Below, one piece after another: positions 8,550 to 17,393 of a DNA stretch of 64,000 nucleotides. How positions within the stretch are numbered: position 1 is the first letter of the stretch; each line of letters starts with the position of its first letter. Both the position numbers and the translations under genes were made by a program. Below the pieces are notes generated by a model. The model had not been told where the DNA came from. It worked only from the letters and a program-made list of their open reading frames with translations, and did no database searches. Source of the DNA: a bacterium (lineage in GTDB: Bacteria; UBA8248; JACPRG01; G963555815); contig OZ244653.1 of NCBI GenBank assembly GCA_965218795.1, positions 3,232,001 to 3,296,000 of the forward strand. The letters are read 5' to 3'.

Positions 8550-11174
8550 TCACTCTTCCACCAACGGATCCTCGTCCTCCGGGTCATCGGGATCGAATTC
8601 GGTGTCAGGCAAGTGCGGACCCGGAAGGGAACTCTCCTCTTCCGGGGTGGGCGGGCCGGGCGGATGCTCTTCCGAATCCGCGGGATCCTCCTCTTCTTCC
8701 TCATCTCCCGATGCGCCGGAACGTCCGAACTCACGGAGGCCCTCGGCCAGATCCTGAAGTCTGGCGTCCACCAGACCGTGTACCGAGTCATCGGGAAATT
8801 CGCCTTCCTCACCCCGTTCCCCCGCCTGGACCCCCGTCAGGATCTCAACCCCTTCGTCCACGTTGGAAACGGAATAGATGTGGAATTTCCCCTCCCGGAC
8901 GGCTTCAATCACCTCGTCATCCAACATCAGATTGCTTACGTTCTGCCGGGGGATGATCACTCCCTGATCTCCCGTGAGCCCCCGGGCCTTGCAGACGTGA
9001 TAGAACCCCTCCACCTTCTCGTTGACGCCGCCGATGGGCTGGATCACGCCCCGCTGATTCACCGAGCCGGTCACGGCGATTCCCTGATTGATGGGCAATC
9101 CCGACAGGCTCGAGAGTAACGCATAAAGTTCGGTCGACGAGGCGCTGTCGCCCTCGACCCCCTCGTACGACTGCTCGAAGCATATACTGGCAGACAGAGA
9201 CATCGGGCGCCCGCAGGCGTACTGGCCGCCCATGTAGCCGGAGAGGATCAGGATTCCCTTGTCGTGCGTGCGGCCGGACATCTTGGATTCCCGCTCGATG
9301 TTGATGACGCCCTCCTCGCCCATGTAGGTCCGGACGGTGATCCGGGAAGGCTTGCCGAACCGGTAATCTCCCAGGTCGTAAACGGCGAGCCCATTGACCT
9401 GCCCGACCACTTTGCCTTCGGTGTCTACAAGCAGGACGTCCTCGGTGATCAGTTCCTGGAGACGATCCTCGGTGAGATTGGACCGCTTTTTTCGCTCGTC
9501 CAACGCCTTCTGCACGTCTTCCCGGCCTATGATCCTGTTTCCGTTCTGGCCGCTCCAGTAGGTGGCCTCGTACATCAAATCCTGGATATCGCTCAGGCGC
9601 GTGGACAGCTTTTTCTGGTCGTCCACGGACCGGGCCGCGTGTTCGATAATCCGGGCGACGGCCTCGCGGTGAATAGACGGGAGCCCCTCCTGACTGCACC
9701 GGCAGGCGATGTAGCCTGCGTACTCCAGGAGTTGGCTCTCCTCTTTCTCCATCCGGGTGTCAAAATCGGCCTTGACCTTGAACAGCTTTCGAAAGTCTTC
9801 ATCGTAATTCAGGAGGAGGTGATAGAGGTACGGGTTTCCGATCATGACGACTTTCAAGTCAGTGGGAATCGGCGTTGGCTTTATTCCGCCCAGCGTCATA
9901 TAACCCAACATCTCCCCCAATTCCTCGATCTGGATCTTTCCCGTCCGCAGGGTTCGCTTCAGGGCGCTCCATACGCCGGGGTTCGTCAGGGCGTCAAGAG
10001 CATGGAAGACGAGATAGCCTCCGTTCGCCCGACTGACCGAACCCGCCTTGATCATCGTCGCATCAGTGAAATAGGCCCCGAAGGAAGCCTTCTTCTCGAT
10101 AATCCCGAACAGGTTTTGAAATGTCGGGTTGCTCTCGAAGATGACCGGCGGGTGCTCCAACTCGGAGTTGTCGACGAACACGTTGACGCGATATGAAGCG
10201 AACGGATCCTGCCCGGGCTGGGTGATTCGGATTTCCTGTCCGGCAGGGCCCTCCCCCGCACCCTCGCGGCCCTCCTCGGCCGTCTCCTGACCCAAAGGGG
10301 CAACGGCCACATCCTGGCCGCCCTTCCGGAATTCGTCCAGTCGGGTCAGTACGTCCTCCTGAACCTGCTCAAAGTAATCCAGCACTTCGGAGAATTCGGC
10401 ATGGGTATCCTTAAGGTTCTGCATATGGACGGTGATGACCCGAAGTCCAACTTCTCGCTGGAGCGACCGCGCCCGTTCCCGGACATCCTTTTCCAGGGCC
10501 TTCATTTTCTTGAAGAACTCGCCGAGTTTTTGATTGAAACCGGTGCGCTTCTTCTCGATCTCCTCCTTCACTTCCGGGTTGAGGGCGTTGTATTGCTCGT
10601 CGGTAAGGGCTTGGTCGTTGATGACAGGCGCCAAAACGAATCCAAGCTGGGTCGTTCGGATGGAAAATCCTTCCTTTTTCGCCTCCTCCCCCAACGCACG
10701 GAAGAACTCCTGCTGCTTTGCCTGACTTTCCTCCACGACCTTGTTGCGCTCGCGCTCGAAATCCTCGCTCTCAAAGGCCTTCGGGATGTCGGTCAGGAGG
10801 TCCTGAAGAAGCTCTTCCATATTCTCGGCGAGCTTCTTGCCGGTGCCGGCCGGCAACCTGAACGCGACGGGGTTCTCAGGGTGATTGAAGTTGTGGACGT
10901 ACACCCAGTCACTCGGAACGGGCTTGTCCACGACACGCTGCTTGCAATAGTCCATGCTGATAGACGTCCGTCCCGTCCCTGGAACCCCCGCCACATAGAT
11001 GTTGAAGCCCGGCCGGTCAATGCCCAGACCGAAATCCAGTGCGCGGGCCGCCCGGTCTTGACCCATGATGCCTTCCAGCGGCGGGCATTTGTCCGTTGTC
11101 TCGAAGGGAAAGAGCCCGGGGTCGCAGGTCCACTTCAGGGATTCGGGGGGCAGCTCAAGATCTTTGCGAGTCAT
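8550..11174 (-). CDS. LonC/LonB-type S16 protease with an acidic C-terminal tail
   Basis: GQDRA..AL.FGL, coiled-coil insert, and Ser/Lys dyad motifs GVEGDSAS and IGGVNEKVEG. Start at 11174 has a GGAG RBS; 11192 is the alternative. Confidence 0.9.
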   Translation of the reverse strand: MTRKDLELPPESLKWTCDPGLFPFETTDKCPPLEGIMGQDRAARALDFGLGIDRPGFNIYVAGVPGTGRTSISMDYCKQRVVDKPVPSDWVYVHNFNHPENPVAFRLPAGTGKKLAENMEELLQDLLTDIPKAFESEDFERERNKVVEESQAKQQEFFRALGEEAKKEGFSIRTTQLGFVLAPVINDQALTDEQYNALNPEVKEEIEKKRTGFNQKLGEFFKKMKALEKDVRERARSLQREVGLRVITVHMQNLKDTHAEFSEVLDYFEQVQEDVLTRLDEFRKGGQDVAVAPLGQETAEEGREGAGEGPAGQEIRITQPGQDPFASYRVNVFVDNSELEHPPVIFESNPTFQNLFGIIEKKASFGAYFTDATMIKAGSVSRANGGYLVFHALDALTNPGVWSALKRTLRTGKIQIEELGEMLGYMTLGGIKPTPIPTDLKVVMIGNPYLYHLLLNYDEDFRKLFKVKADFDTRMEKEESQLLEYAGYIACRCSQEGLPSIHREAVARIIEHAARSVDDQKKLSTRLSDIQDLMYEATYWSGQNGNRIIGREDVQKALDERKKRSNLTEDRLQELITEDVLLVDTEGKVVGQVNGLAVYDLGDYRFGKPSRITVRTYMGEEGVINIERESKMSGRTHDKGILILSGYMGGQYACGRPMSLSASICFEQSYEGVEGDSASSTELYALLSSLSGLPINQGIAVTGSVNQRGVIQPIGGVNEKVEGFYHVCKARGLTGDQGVIIPRQNVSNLMLDDEVIEAVREGKFHIYSVSNVDEGVEILTGVQAGERGEEGEFPDDSVHGLVDARLQDLAEGLREFGRSGASGDEEEEEDPADSEEHPPGPPTPEEESSLPGPHLPDTEFDPDDPEDEDPLVEE

Positions 11175-11450
11175 TTTCGCTCCAATCCTCATTCGGAAAA
11201 TATCCGTCTCCTCAAGAATCTTGACGACGCACTGAGGATGATCGTCGGATCAGGTTATATAACTGGGTAAGCTCATGGAACTTTGCAACGGGGCGCCTTC
11301 CACTCCCCGAAGCCTGTCAATGTATCATACCGGCTGGATCATCGACTGAACAGACGGAGGATAGCCCGGCTGAACCCCTGAATACCACATGCCCCATGGC
11401 ATTCTTCCAACGGCGGCCGAAAGGCGGGAGTTCCAGGAGGAATCTTCGAG

Positions 11451-12387
11451 GTGACCGACAGGAAAGCCCGGAAGGTCGGCTTTCGGGCGACAGGACCCGG
11501 AAAGGCGACCTATCTTGGATTGACAGGGAACGGCGGACTCTTTGTCCTCAAGGCCCTGGTGGCCTGGCTCACGGGGAGTCTCGCCGTTCTGTCCGACGCC
11601 TTGAACTCCCTGACCGACACGTTCGGCTCCATCGCGGTCCTGGTTTGCGTCCGACTCGGCGCACAAGAGGCCGACGAGTCCCACCCCTTCGGGCACGGCC
11701 GGGCCGAGCCGGTCGCCGCCCTGGTCATCGCCATTCTGGCGGGCGTGATGGGCTTCGAGATGATGAAGCTCGGCGTTCAGTCCTTCTGGGGGGAGGCCGT
11801 GATCGCGAGAAGCTGGGTCGCCATCGTGGCCCTGTCGATCACGATTCTTGCGAAAAGCGGGATGACCGCATCCTTACAACGCGCAGGCCGTCTCTCCAAC
11901 AGCCCCGCGCTGCTGGCAAGCGTGACCGATTCCCGAAACGATGTATTCGTCTCGGCGGTGGCTCTGGCGGGCGTCATCGGCGGGTCACTGGGCTGGACGA
12001 GACTCGACGCGGTGGCCGCGATCATCATCGGCCTGGAGATTATTCGGCCTGGAGATTATGAGGACGGGCTTTCAGATCGGCACAAAAAACATCGGATACC
12101 TGATGGGCCGGGAACCTGAACGATCGAGAGTGGAGGAAATCCGCCAAACCGCGCTCGAAACGAGGGGAGTCAAAGGTGTCCACGATCTGCGGGCTCACTA
12201 CGTCGGCAATTTGATCCATGTAGAAATCCACGTGGAAATCGACCTGGAACTGGGGGCGCAGGAGGCTCATGACATCGCGGCGTCCGTGCATGCGGCGGTG
12301 GAAAACCTGCCCCAGGTGGAAGAAGCCTTCATCCACCTGGATCCCATCTGGCAGCCCAGGCTGCCTCTCGAACCGCCAAACGCTTAA
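11451..12387 (+). pseudogene. Cation diffusion facilitator (FieF-like), frameshifted by a 16-bp duplication
   Basis: Frame 1 has SDALNSLTD, HPFGHGRAE and DSRND. Frame 2 has HDLRAHYVG..EIHVE..HDIA..FIHLDP. TCGGCCTGGAGATTAT is tandemly repeated at 12028-12059. Confidence 0.88.
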
Positions 12388-12389
12388 AA

Positions 12390-12549
12390 CCTGGGGCCTT
12401 TTGGGGCGCTTGCGCGCCGGCCATTTCGCGGATGAGAATCTTTCCCAGGATTATGGCCTCTGTGGCGTACGTCCATGCGATAGCTTGATGAGCAGGCATG
12501 AAAGTGCGTAAAGCTGACACGATGTATCCCCCCCACCCCCCGGAAAACC
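12390..12549 (+). repeat. Palindromic intergenic element, copy A
   Basis: Aligns by eye with 24221-24384 and with the reverse complement of 52222-52327. Core resembles GCGYGCCGGCCRTTTCGCGGATGAG...TGTGGCG...TGCGATRGC. Confidence 0.8.
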
Positions 12550-12803
12550 ATTTGCGGTGCACGTCCCCCTGCTCATCGACAGTCCCGCAACGCGGAACAA
12601 CCCGAGTTCCACCGACCCTCGTGGGGAATCTGCTCAAGCGGGTCGATTCCGCAATAGTCAAAATGCACTTTGAGAAAATGCGCTTTCTGGCGAAAACTGC
12701 ATCGAAGACGCGGGCGAAGGCGGCGAACTGGTTAGAGTTGGTTCGGCCGATTTCGGGGCGGGACGGCTTTCAAAAAAGGCTCCCCTAGAAAGATCACGAA
12801 CCC

Positions 12804-13841
12804 TTACCGAAAAGTTTCCACACCCAGCTCGAGGACGTGCTGCGTATCCTCCTCCTCATGGCCTTTGCGGACGCCGTGAACATCGAGAACCGGGACCACC
12901 CCCGCCTCGAGGTACTTCGTGATCCGCTCTTGGATCACGTCGTCCTTGTAGCCCAGTCCGAAGGTTTCGATAAACTCGTCCTGCGCCTGAGCGGCGGCTT
13001 CTTCGCGCTGACCGTCCCACCACAATTGACGGACGCGCTCGCGGAGTTCGCCCCACTCCGTATGCGAAACGAACCAGTCGAACGTTTCAGAGGCCAGATG
13101 CCAGCAGACGGCCTTCCGGAGGTTGGTCGACCCGTCGCCGCGGTTGACCCCGACCGGCTGATTGGACAGGACGTGGACCTCGTCAGGGTTGCGGCCCGAG
13201 CGTTCAGCACCGATGGCGATATTTTTTTTCACATCATCGAGGGCTTCCAGCGGGAAGTGAGTCATGATTACGCCGTCGGCCATCTCGCCGGCGAGCTGGA
13301 GCATCTTGGGGTTGATGGCGCTGATGTAGACGGGGACTTCCCTTCCTTCGGGGACCCCGATACGCAGCCGGAAATCCCGCTGGACGTTGAAAATTTTCCC
13401 TTCATAGGTCAGACGGTCGCCGCGCATGAGGGGCCGGATGATCTCGAGCGTCTCCCGGCATCGTTGGACCGGCCGTCTGAACTCGATCCCGTGCCCGTGG
13501 GTGATGATCTGAGTTCCCCCCGGACCGATACCCAGAATGAAGCGGCCGCCGGATAGTTCGTCCAGCGCAAAGGCCCCCATGGCCAGAAGTGTCGGGGTAT
13601 GGCTGAAGTAGCTGACGATGTTCGTCCCGACCCGGATGGACGACGCTCCCAGGGCCTGCAAGGTCGCCTGGGCGAAAGCGTCCCGGTCGTTCGTCTCGAT
13701 ATTCCAGGCACGATCGTATCCCATCTCCTCCGCCTTTCGGGTCATCTCGGTGAAATAGTTCTTCAAGCCTGGAGGCTGGCGGGGCACGCGGGGGGTGACG
13801 ATGTACATGTCCGGTTTGCTGTATCGGGGGTCTACGCTCAT
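12804..13841 (-). CDS. LLM-class (luciferase-like) oxidoreductase, possibly F420-dependent (Mer-like)
   Basis: Motifs LDELSGGRFILGIGPG and PVYISAINPKMLQLAGEMADGVI. F420 dependence is inferred. Confidence 0.85.
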   Translation of the reverse strand: MSVDPRYSKPDMYIVTPRVPRQPPGLKNYFTEMTRKAEEMGYDRAWNIETNDRDAFAQATLQALGASSIRVGTNIVSYFSHTPTLLAMGAFALDELSGGRFILGIGPGGTQIITHGHGIEFRRPVQRCRETLEIIRPLMRGDRLTYEGKIFNVQRDFRLRIGVPEGREVPVYISAINPKMLQLAGEMADGVIMTHFPLEALDDVKKNIAIGAERSGRNPDEVHVLSNQPVGVNRGDGSTNLRKAVCWHLASETFDWFVSHTEWGELRERVRQLWWDGQREEAAAQAQDEFIETFGLGYKDDVIQERITKYLEAGVVPVLDVHGVRKGHEEEDTQHVLELGVETFR

Positions 13842-13969
13842 TGTTCACTTTCCTCTTGTTCCCGGCCGGAATGTATCGAGAAAGCCGATGAGGGGATTCT
13901 TGAGGACCGGATGATTTTCAGCGATCGGGCTGAAAAGCAGGGGCTGCGCGGCACGGCTCCGATCCGGCT

Positions 13970-15040
13970 TCAGTCGTCCAGGCCCGGTCCCGGATCTCGA
14001 ACCAAAGGCATGGTCACGCAGCGGATACCGTTCGTTCCCGCCTGAAGGCCCGTGGTGTCGAAGTCGATAATCTCCACCTCCGCCGAACGCAGTTGCTTGA
14101 TGGTCTCTTTGGCGTTGGAGTCGATGATCACCTTGCCGGGCTCGACAATCACGAAGTTTGCCGGGTAGTACTTGTGATGCTCCTCTTTCCCGACTTCGAT
14201 GATTCGGAAGTTCTTCTCCTTGAGCCAGCGGTAGACCCCGTAATCCAGATATCCGGGGTAAACCACCGCCACGCGGAGGTCGGCCACGCCGAAGACCATG
14301 TCCAGATGAAACTCCCCCCCGGCCTCGAAGTCGTTCATGACCGTCCCGCAGTTGGCGATGGGGGTCTCCTTTACGCCACACCTATCAAAAACGGAAAGGA
14401 CCTGGGCCAGACCGTCGTCATTCGAAGAACACGAGCGGTAGCCCATAATGACATCCTCCGCGACGGCAACGAACACGCCCGCCTCGCAAATGCCCATCCC
14501 ATGGATCGTGTGAAGAATCGGGCAATTGATCTCCGCGAAGAACTTCGTGAAGTTGACCTCGAGACCTCGAACGTAGGAGGCATGACCCTGGCGGGAGACA
14601 ATGGCGCCGCCCTTGACCACCAGTGGAAAGGCCCCCATAAAGAGCTTTCGCATGGGACCATAAGCCCCCCAGCTATGAGGGGACTTCATCCAGCGAACCT
14701 TGACGCCTGCGCTCTCCAGAAGCTTGGCGTAATCCTCGAATCCCCGCTGAAGCCGCTCCAGGTCGATGCGCACCCGCCGCAGGAAGAAAAAATTCCGATC
14801 CTTTTCCCAGAGAGGATCGACCTCGTGCTCGGTCGGCCATATCAGTGCGACCTCCCGGAGTTTGCCAATCCCCTGACCGCCTCCCCACCGGGATCCCCAA
14901 ATGGCCTCCACCTCGTCGAGAAAGCCGTACTGCTCCAGAACTTCCACTCGGGGCGGGACGCCCGGTTCGAAATCGGGGTAGTTGGTGAGCGGGTAATCCT
15001 CAAGCGGACCTTCCCATCCTTGCGGTGATGACTCAGCCAT
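13970..15040 (-). CDS. Arginine deiminase/DDAH/amidinotransferase (pentein) superfamily enzyme
   Basis: Motifs GKLREVAL, FHLDMVF and GIRCVTMPLVRD (catalytic His and Cys). Confidence 0.82.
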   Translation of the reverse strand: MAESSPQGWEGPLEDYPLTNYPDFEPGVPPRVEVLEQYGFLDEVEAIWGSRWGGGQGIGKLREVALIWPTEHEVDPLWEKDRNFFFLRRVRIDLERLQRGFEDYAKLLESAGVKVRWMKSPHSWGAYGPMRKLFMGAFPLVVKGGAIVSRQGHASYVRGLEVNFTKFFAEINCPILHTIHGMGICEAGVFVAVAEDVIMGYRSCSSNDDGLAQVLSVFDRCGVKETPIANCGTVMNDFEAGGEFHLDMVFGVADLRVAVVYPGYLDYGVYRWLKEKNFRIIEVGKEEHHKYYPANFVIVEPGKVIIDSNAKETIKQLRSAEVEIIDFDTTGLQAGTNGIRCVTMPLVRDPGPGLDD

Positions 15041-15215
15041 TATTCCTTCCCCTTTCCGTATTGCGGGTCATGAACCACATCACTCGGTTCGGGACGCATA
15101 CGTCCCTCTGTTGAACTGACTTCTCCCCTCATTCCAAAAGGCGAATTCAGCATAATGGGTTGGCAAGAGTGCGATTCAGGGCAAGCCCTATCCGCTCGCT
15201 CGGCGCCCTCTACCG

Positions 15216-15692
15216 TCATCGGGTCAGCGAGACGTTCGCATGCCGATACATCTCAACGCATGGGTCCGTCATGACTCCTTCAATCACCCGGAGGTCCCAC
15301 CCCATCATCTCGGCAAACCGTTCGACCGTGTAGTCATGAAAATTGAATGCCAATTCCGCCAGGTCCTTGAGGTGCCGGTTGCGCGCGCCCATGACCAGGG
15401 CGTCGATGCCCGCGTTCAGAATCGCACCCAGGCACATCGGGCAGGGCTCGCAAGTCGCATAGAAGGTGCAACCAGTGATGATGCGCTGTTTCAGCTTCTG
15501 CGTCGCATACTTGACGGCCAGCGTTTCGGCGTGGGCCGTGGTATCCGAGGTAGAGACCTTCAGGCTTCTCGCCCTGCTGATGACTTCCCCATCCTTGGCG
15601 ACGACCGCGCCGAATGGTTGCTCCCCTGCCGCGAGCCCCCCCTTGGCTTCTTCGATGGCTATCGCCATGAAATACTCATGCCTGTCTTTCAT
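15216..15692 (-). CDS. Zn-dependent nucleoside/nucleobase deaminase (CDA/TadA/GuaD fold)
   Basis: Motifs PFGAVV, TAHAET and TCEPCPMCLGA. Confidence 0.9.
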   Translation of the reverse strand: MKDRHEYFMAIAIEEAKGGLAAGEQPFGAVVAKDGEVISRARSLKVSTSDTTAHAETLAVKYATQKLKQRIITGCTFYATCEPCPMCLGAILNAGIDALVMGARNRHLKDLAELAFNFHDYTVERFAEMMGWDLRVIEGVMTDPCVEMYRHANVSLTR

Positions 15693-15845
15693 GAATTCAC
15701 CCCTCGACTTTACCCCGGGCCGCGCTGAATCACCGAACGGCTCGGTTCGCCCCTCATGGCCGACGTCGGTGCGCGAAGACCCAAGACGCCGCGTAAACTA
15801 ACGGAATATAACCGATTTTGGGAATTCGCGTATTCATTCATTCTG

Positions 15846-15890
15846 TTGACATTACGTCAAATCATGTTGCATAAGATTGTTCATTGTCAA
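15846..15890. promoter_or_regulatory. Divergent promoter region with an operator-like palindrome
   Basis: TTGAC-N5-GTCAA at 15846-15860. Minus-strand TTGACA-18 nt-CATGAT (15890-15861) points to the deaminase operon. Confidence 0.4.
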
Positions 15891-15952
15891 AGAAAATTTC
15901 TTTGGGTGGCGGGGCATCGCGGGAGATGTCCGGCATAGAGAGGAGTCAAGCG

Positions 15953-16960
15953 ATGTTAAGGATAAGAATGATCCTGTCATGCCTTCTGGTTGGGAGTCTG
16001 GGTTTCCTCTTCACACCGGCCTGGCTGCAGGCGCAAGGCGTATTGGACTTCTCTTTGGACTGGGTTATCGGGGGTCGGCACTCAGCTTATTTCCTCGCCC
16101 TCGAGAAGGGATATTACAAAGCGGCCGGATTGGACGTGAAAATTCATCGTGGGTACGGGTCCGCCGACGGCGTCAAAAGAATTGCGAGCAAAAGAGCCGC
16201 CTTCGCCTTCACGGGAGCCAGCGCGCTCATCCTGGCACAAGCGAGGAACAATGTGGCGGCCATGTACGTGGCGGCCATCTACAGCAACGCTCCCCACGGT
16301 CTCACCTATTTTGGAAGCAAGGGGATCAAGACGCCCAAGGATCTGGAAGGAAAGAAGATTGGAGGAACGGCGTTCAGCACCATTCGGATTCTCTTTCCCG
16401 CATTCGCCAAGGTGAGCGGGATTGACGGGAGCAAGGTTGAATGGATCCAGACCGACCCCGCAAGCCTGCCCGCCCTGCTTGGCGCAGGCAAGGTGGACGC
16501 CATCATCACGTATCCGATGGACCGGGAAATTCTCTCGCGGAAGTTTGGGCCCATGGGGCGCAAAGTCACGGGAATGCAATACGCGGACTATGGGATGCAG
16601 TTCTACAGCAACGGAATCACAACAAGTTCGGAGCGGGTCCGCAACAAACCGAAGGAAGTACGGGGATTCGTCCATGCGACCCTCCGGGGTCTGGCTGCGG
16701 CCTTCGGCAATCCGGAGGAGGCGGTGGACCTCATGCTCAAGTCGAACCCCTCGGTGAGCCGGGCACCCGCCATACCGGAGGTTGGCATCGTCCGGGGCCT
16801 GGTCCTCAGTGAGGAAGCCCTGATGTATGGGGTTGGCACCATGCTCGACGAGAAGATGAAGGTCACCCGCGACATCGTTCTGGGCGCCTACAACATCAAA
16901 AAGCAGGTCGATCTGAAAAACGTCTATACGAACAAATTCCTCCCGAAACGAGGGATGTAG
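15953..16960 (+). CDS. NMT1/THI5-like ABC substrate-binding protein
   Basis: Signal peptide, SLDWVIGGRHSAYFLALEKGYY..AGLDV, GYGSAD and IKTPKDLEGKKIG. AGGAG RBS before 15953. Confidence 0.88.
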   Translation: MLRIRMILSCLLVGSLGFLFTPAWLQAQGVLDFSLDWVIGGRHSAYFLALEKGYYKAAGLDVKIHRGYGSADGVKRIASKRAAFAFTGASALILAQARNNVAAMYVAAIYSNAPHGLTYFGSKGIKTPKDLEGKKIGGTAFSTIRILFPAFAKVSGIDGSKVEWIQTDPASLPALLGAGKVDAIITYPMDREILSRKFGPMGRKVTGMQYADYGMQFYSNGITTSSERVRNKPKEVRGFVHATLRGLAAAFGNPEEAVDLMLKSNPSVSRAPAIPEVGIVRGLVLSEEALMYGVGTMLDEKMKVTRDIVLGAYNIKKQVDLKNVYTNKFLPKRGM

Positions 16961-17069
16961 CGAAGGGGTCGGCGGGCGGGATCCATCCTGTCCGAGGGAG
17001 CCCGCCCGCGAAAATCCGCGCCCGTTCCGTACGAAACGCTGTTGACCGAAGAAAATGAGGAGGAGTTCT

Positions 17070-17375
17070 TCATTCGACCGGCCACGCGACGGGAACCTTT
17101 ACGCCCGTACGGGCGTAAAGGCCCTCGGCCGCTTGCGCCACCCGTTCGAGGATCCCTTTTTCGTCCATCGTCAGGACCTTTCCCCGCCGCACCAACAGCC
17201 TCCCATCGACCATGACGCGAGACACATCCGGGCCGTTGACGGAGGCAACGAGCGCGCCTACGGGACCGGGAGCGGGCGTCAGATGCGGACACGCGCATAT
17301 CGACAGCCGTCAGGTCGGCGCGCTTCCCCGGCTCGGTCGACCCGAGTTCACCCCCGCGCGCATCATGTCCGGCCG
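17070..17375 (-). pseudogene. C-terminal remnant of an AtzA/SsnA-type amidohydrolase
   Basis: LGSTEPGKRADLTAVDM, then a frameshift into PHLTPAPGPVGALVASVNGPDVSRVMVDGRLLVRRGKVLTMDE...WPVE*. Confidence 0.72.
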
Positions 17376-17393
17376 GCTCGAATTCGCCCGAAA

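Noticed and set aside
12329-12788. Short ORFs over the repeat element (also 23868-24641 and 52145-52447)
   Set aside because: Frames, starts and stops are not preserved between the three copies, so a conserved peptide is not supported.
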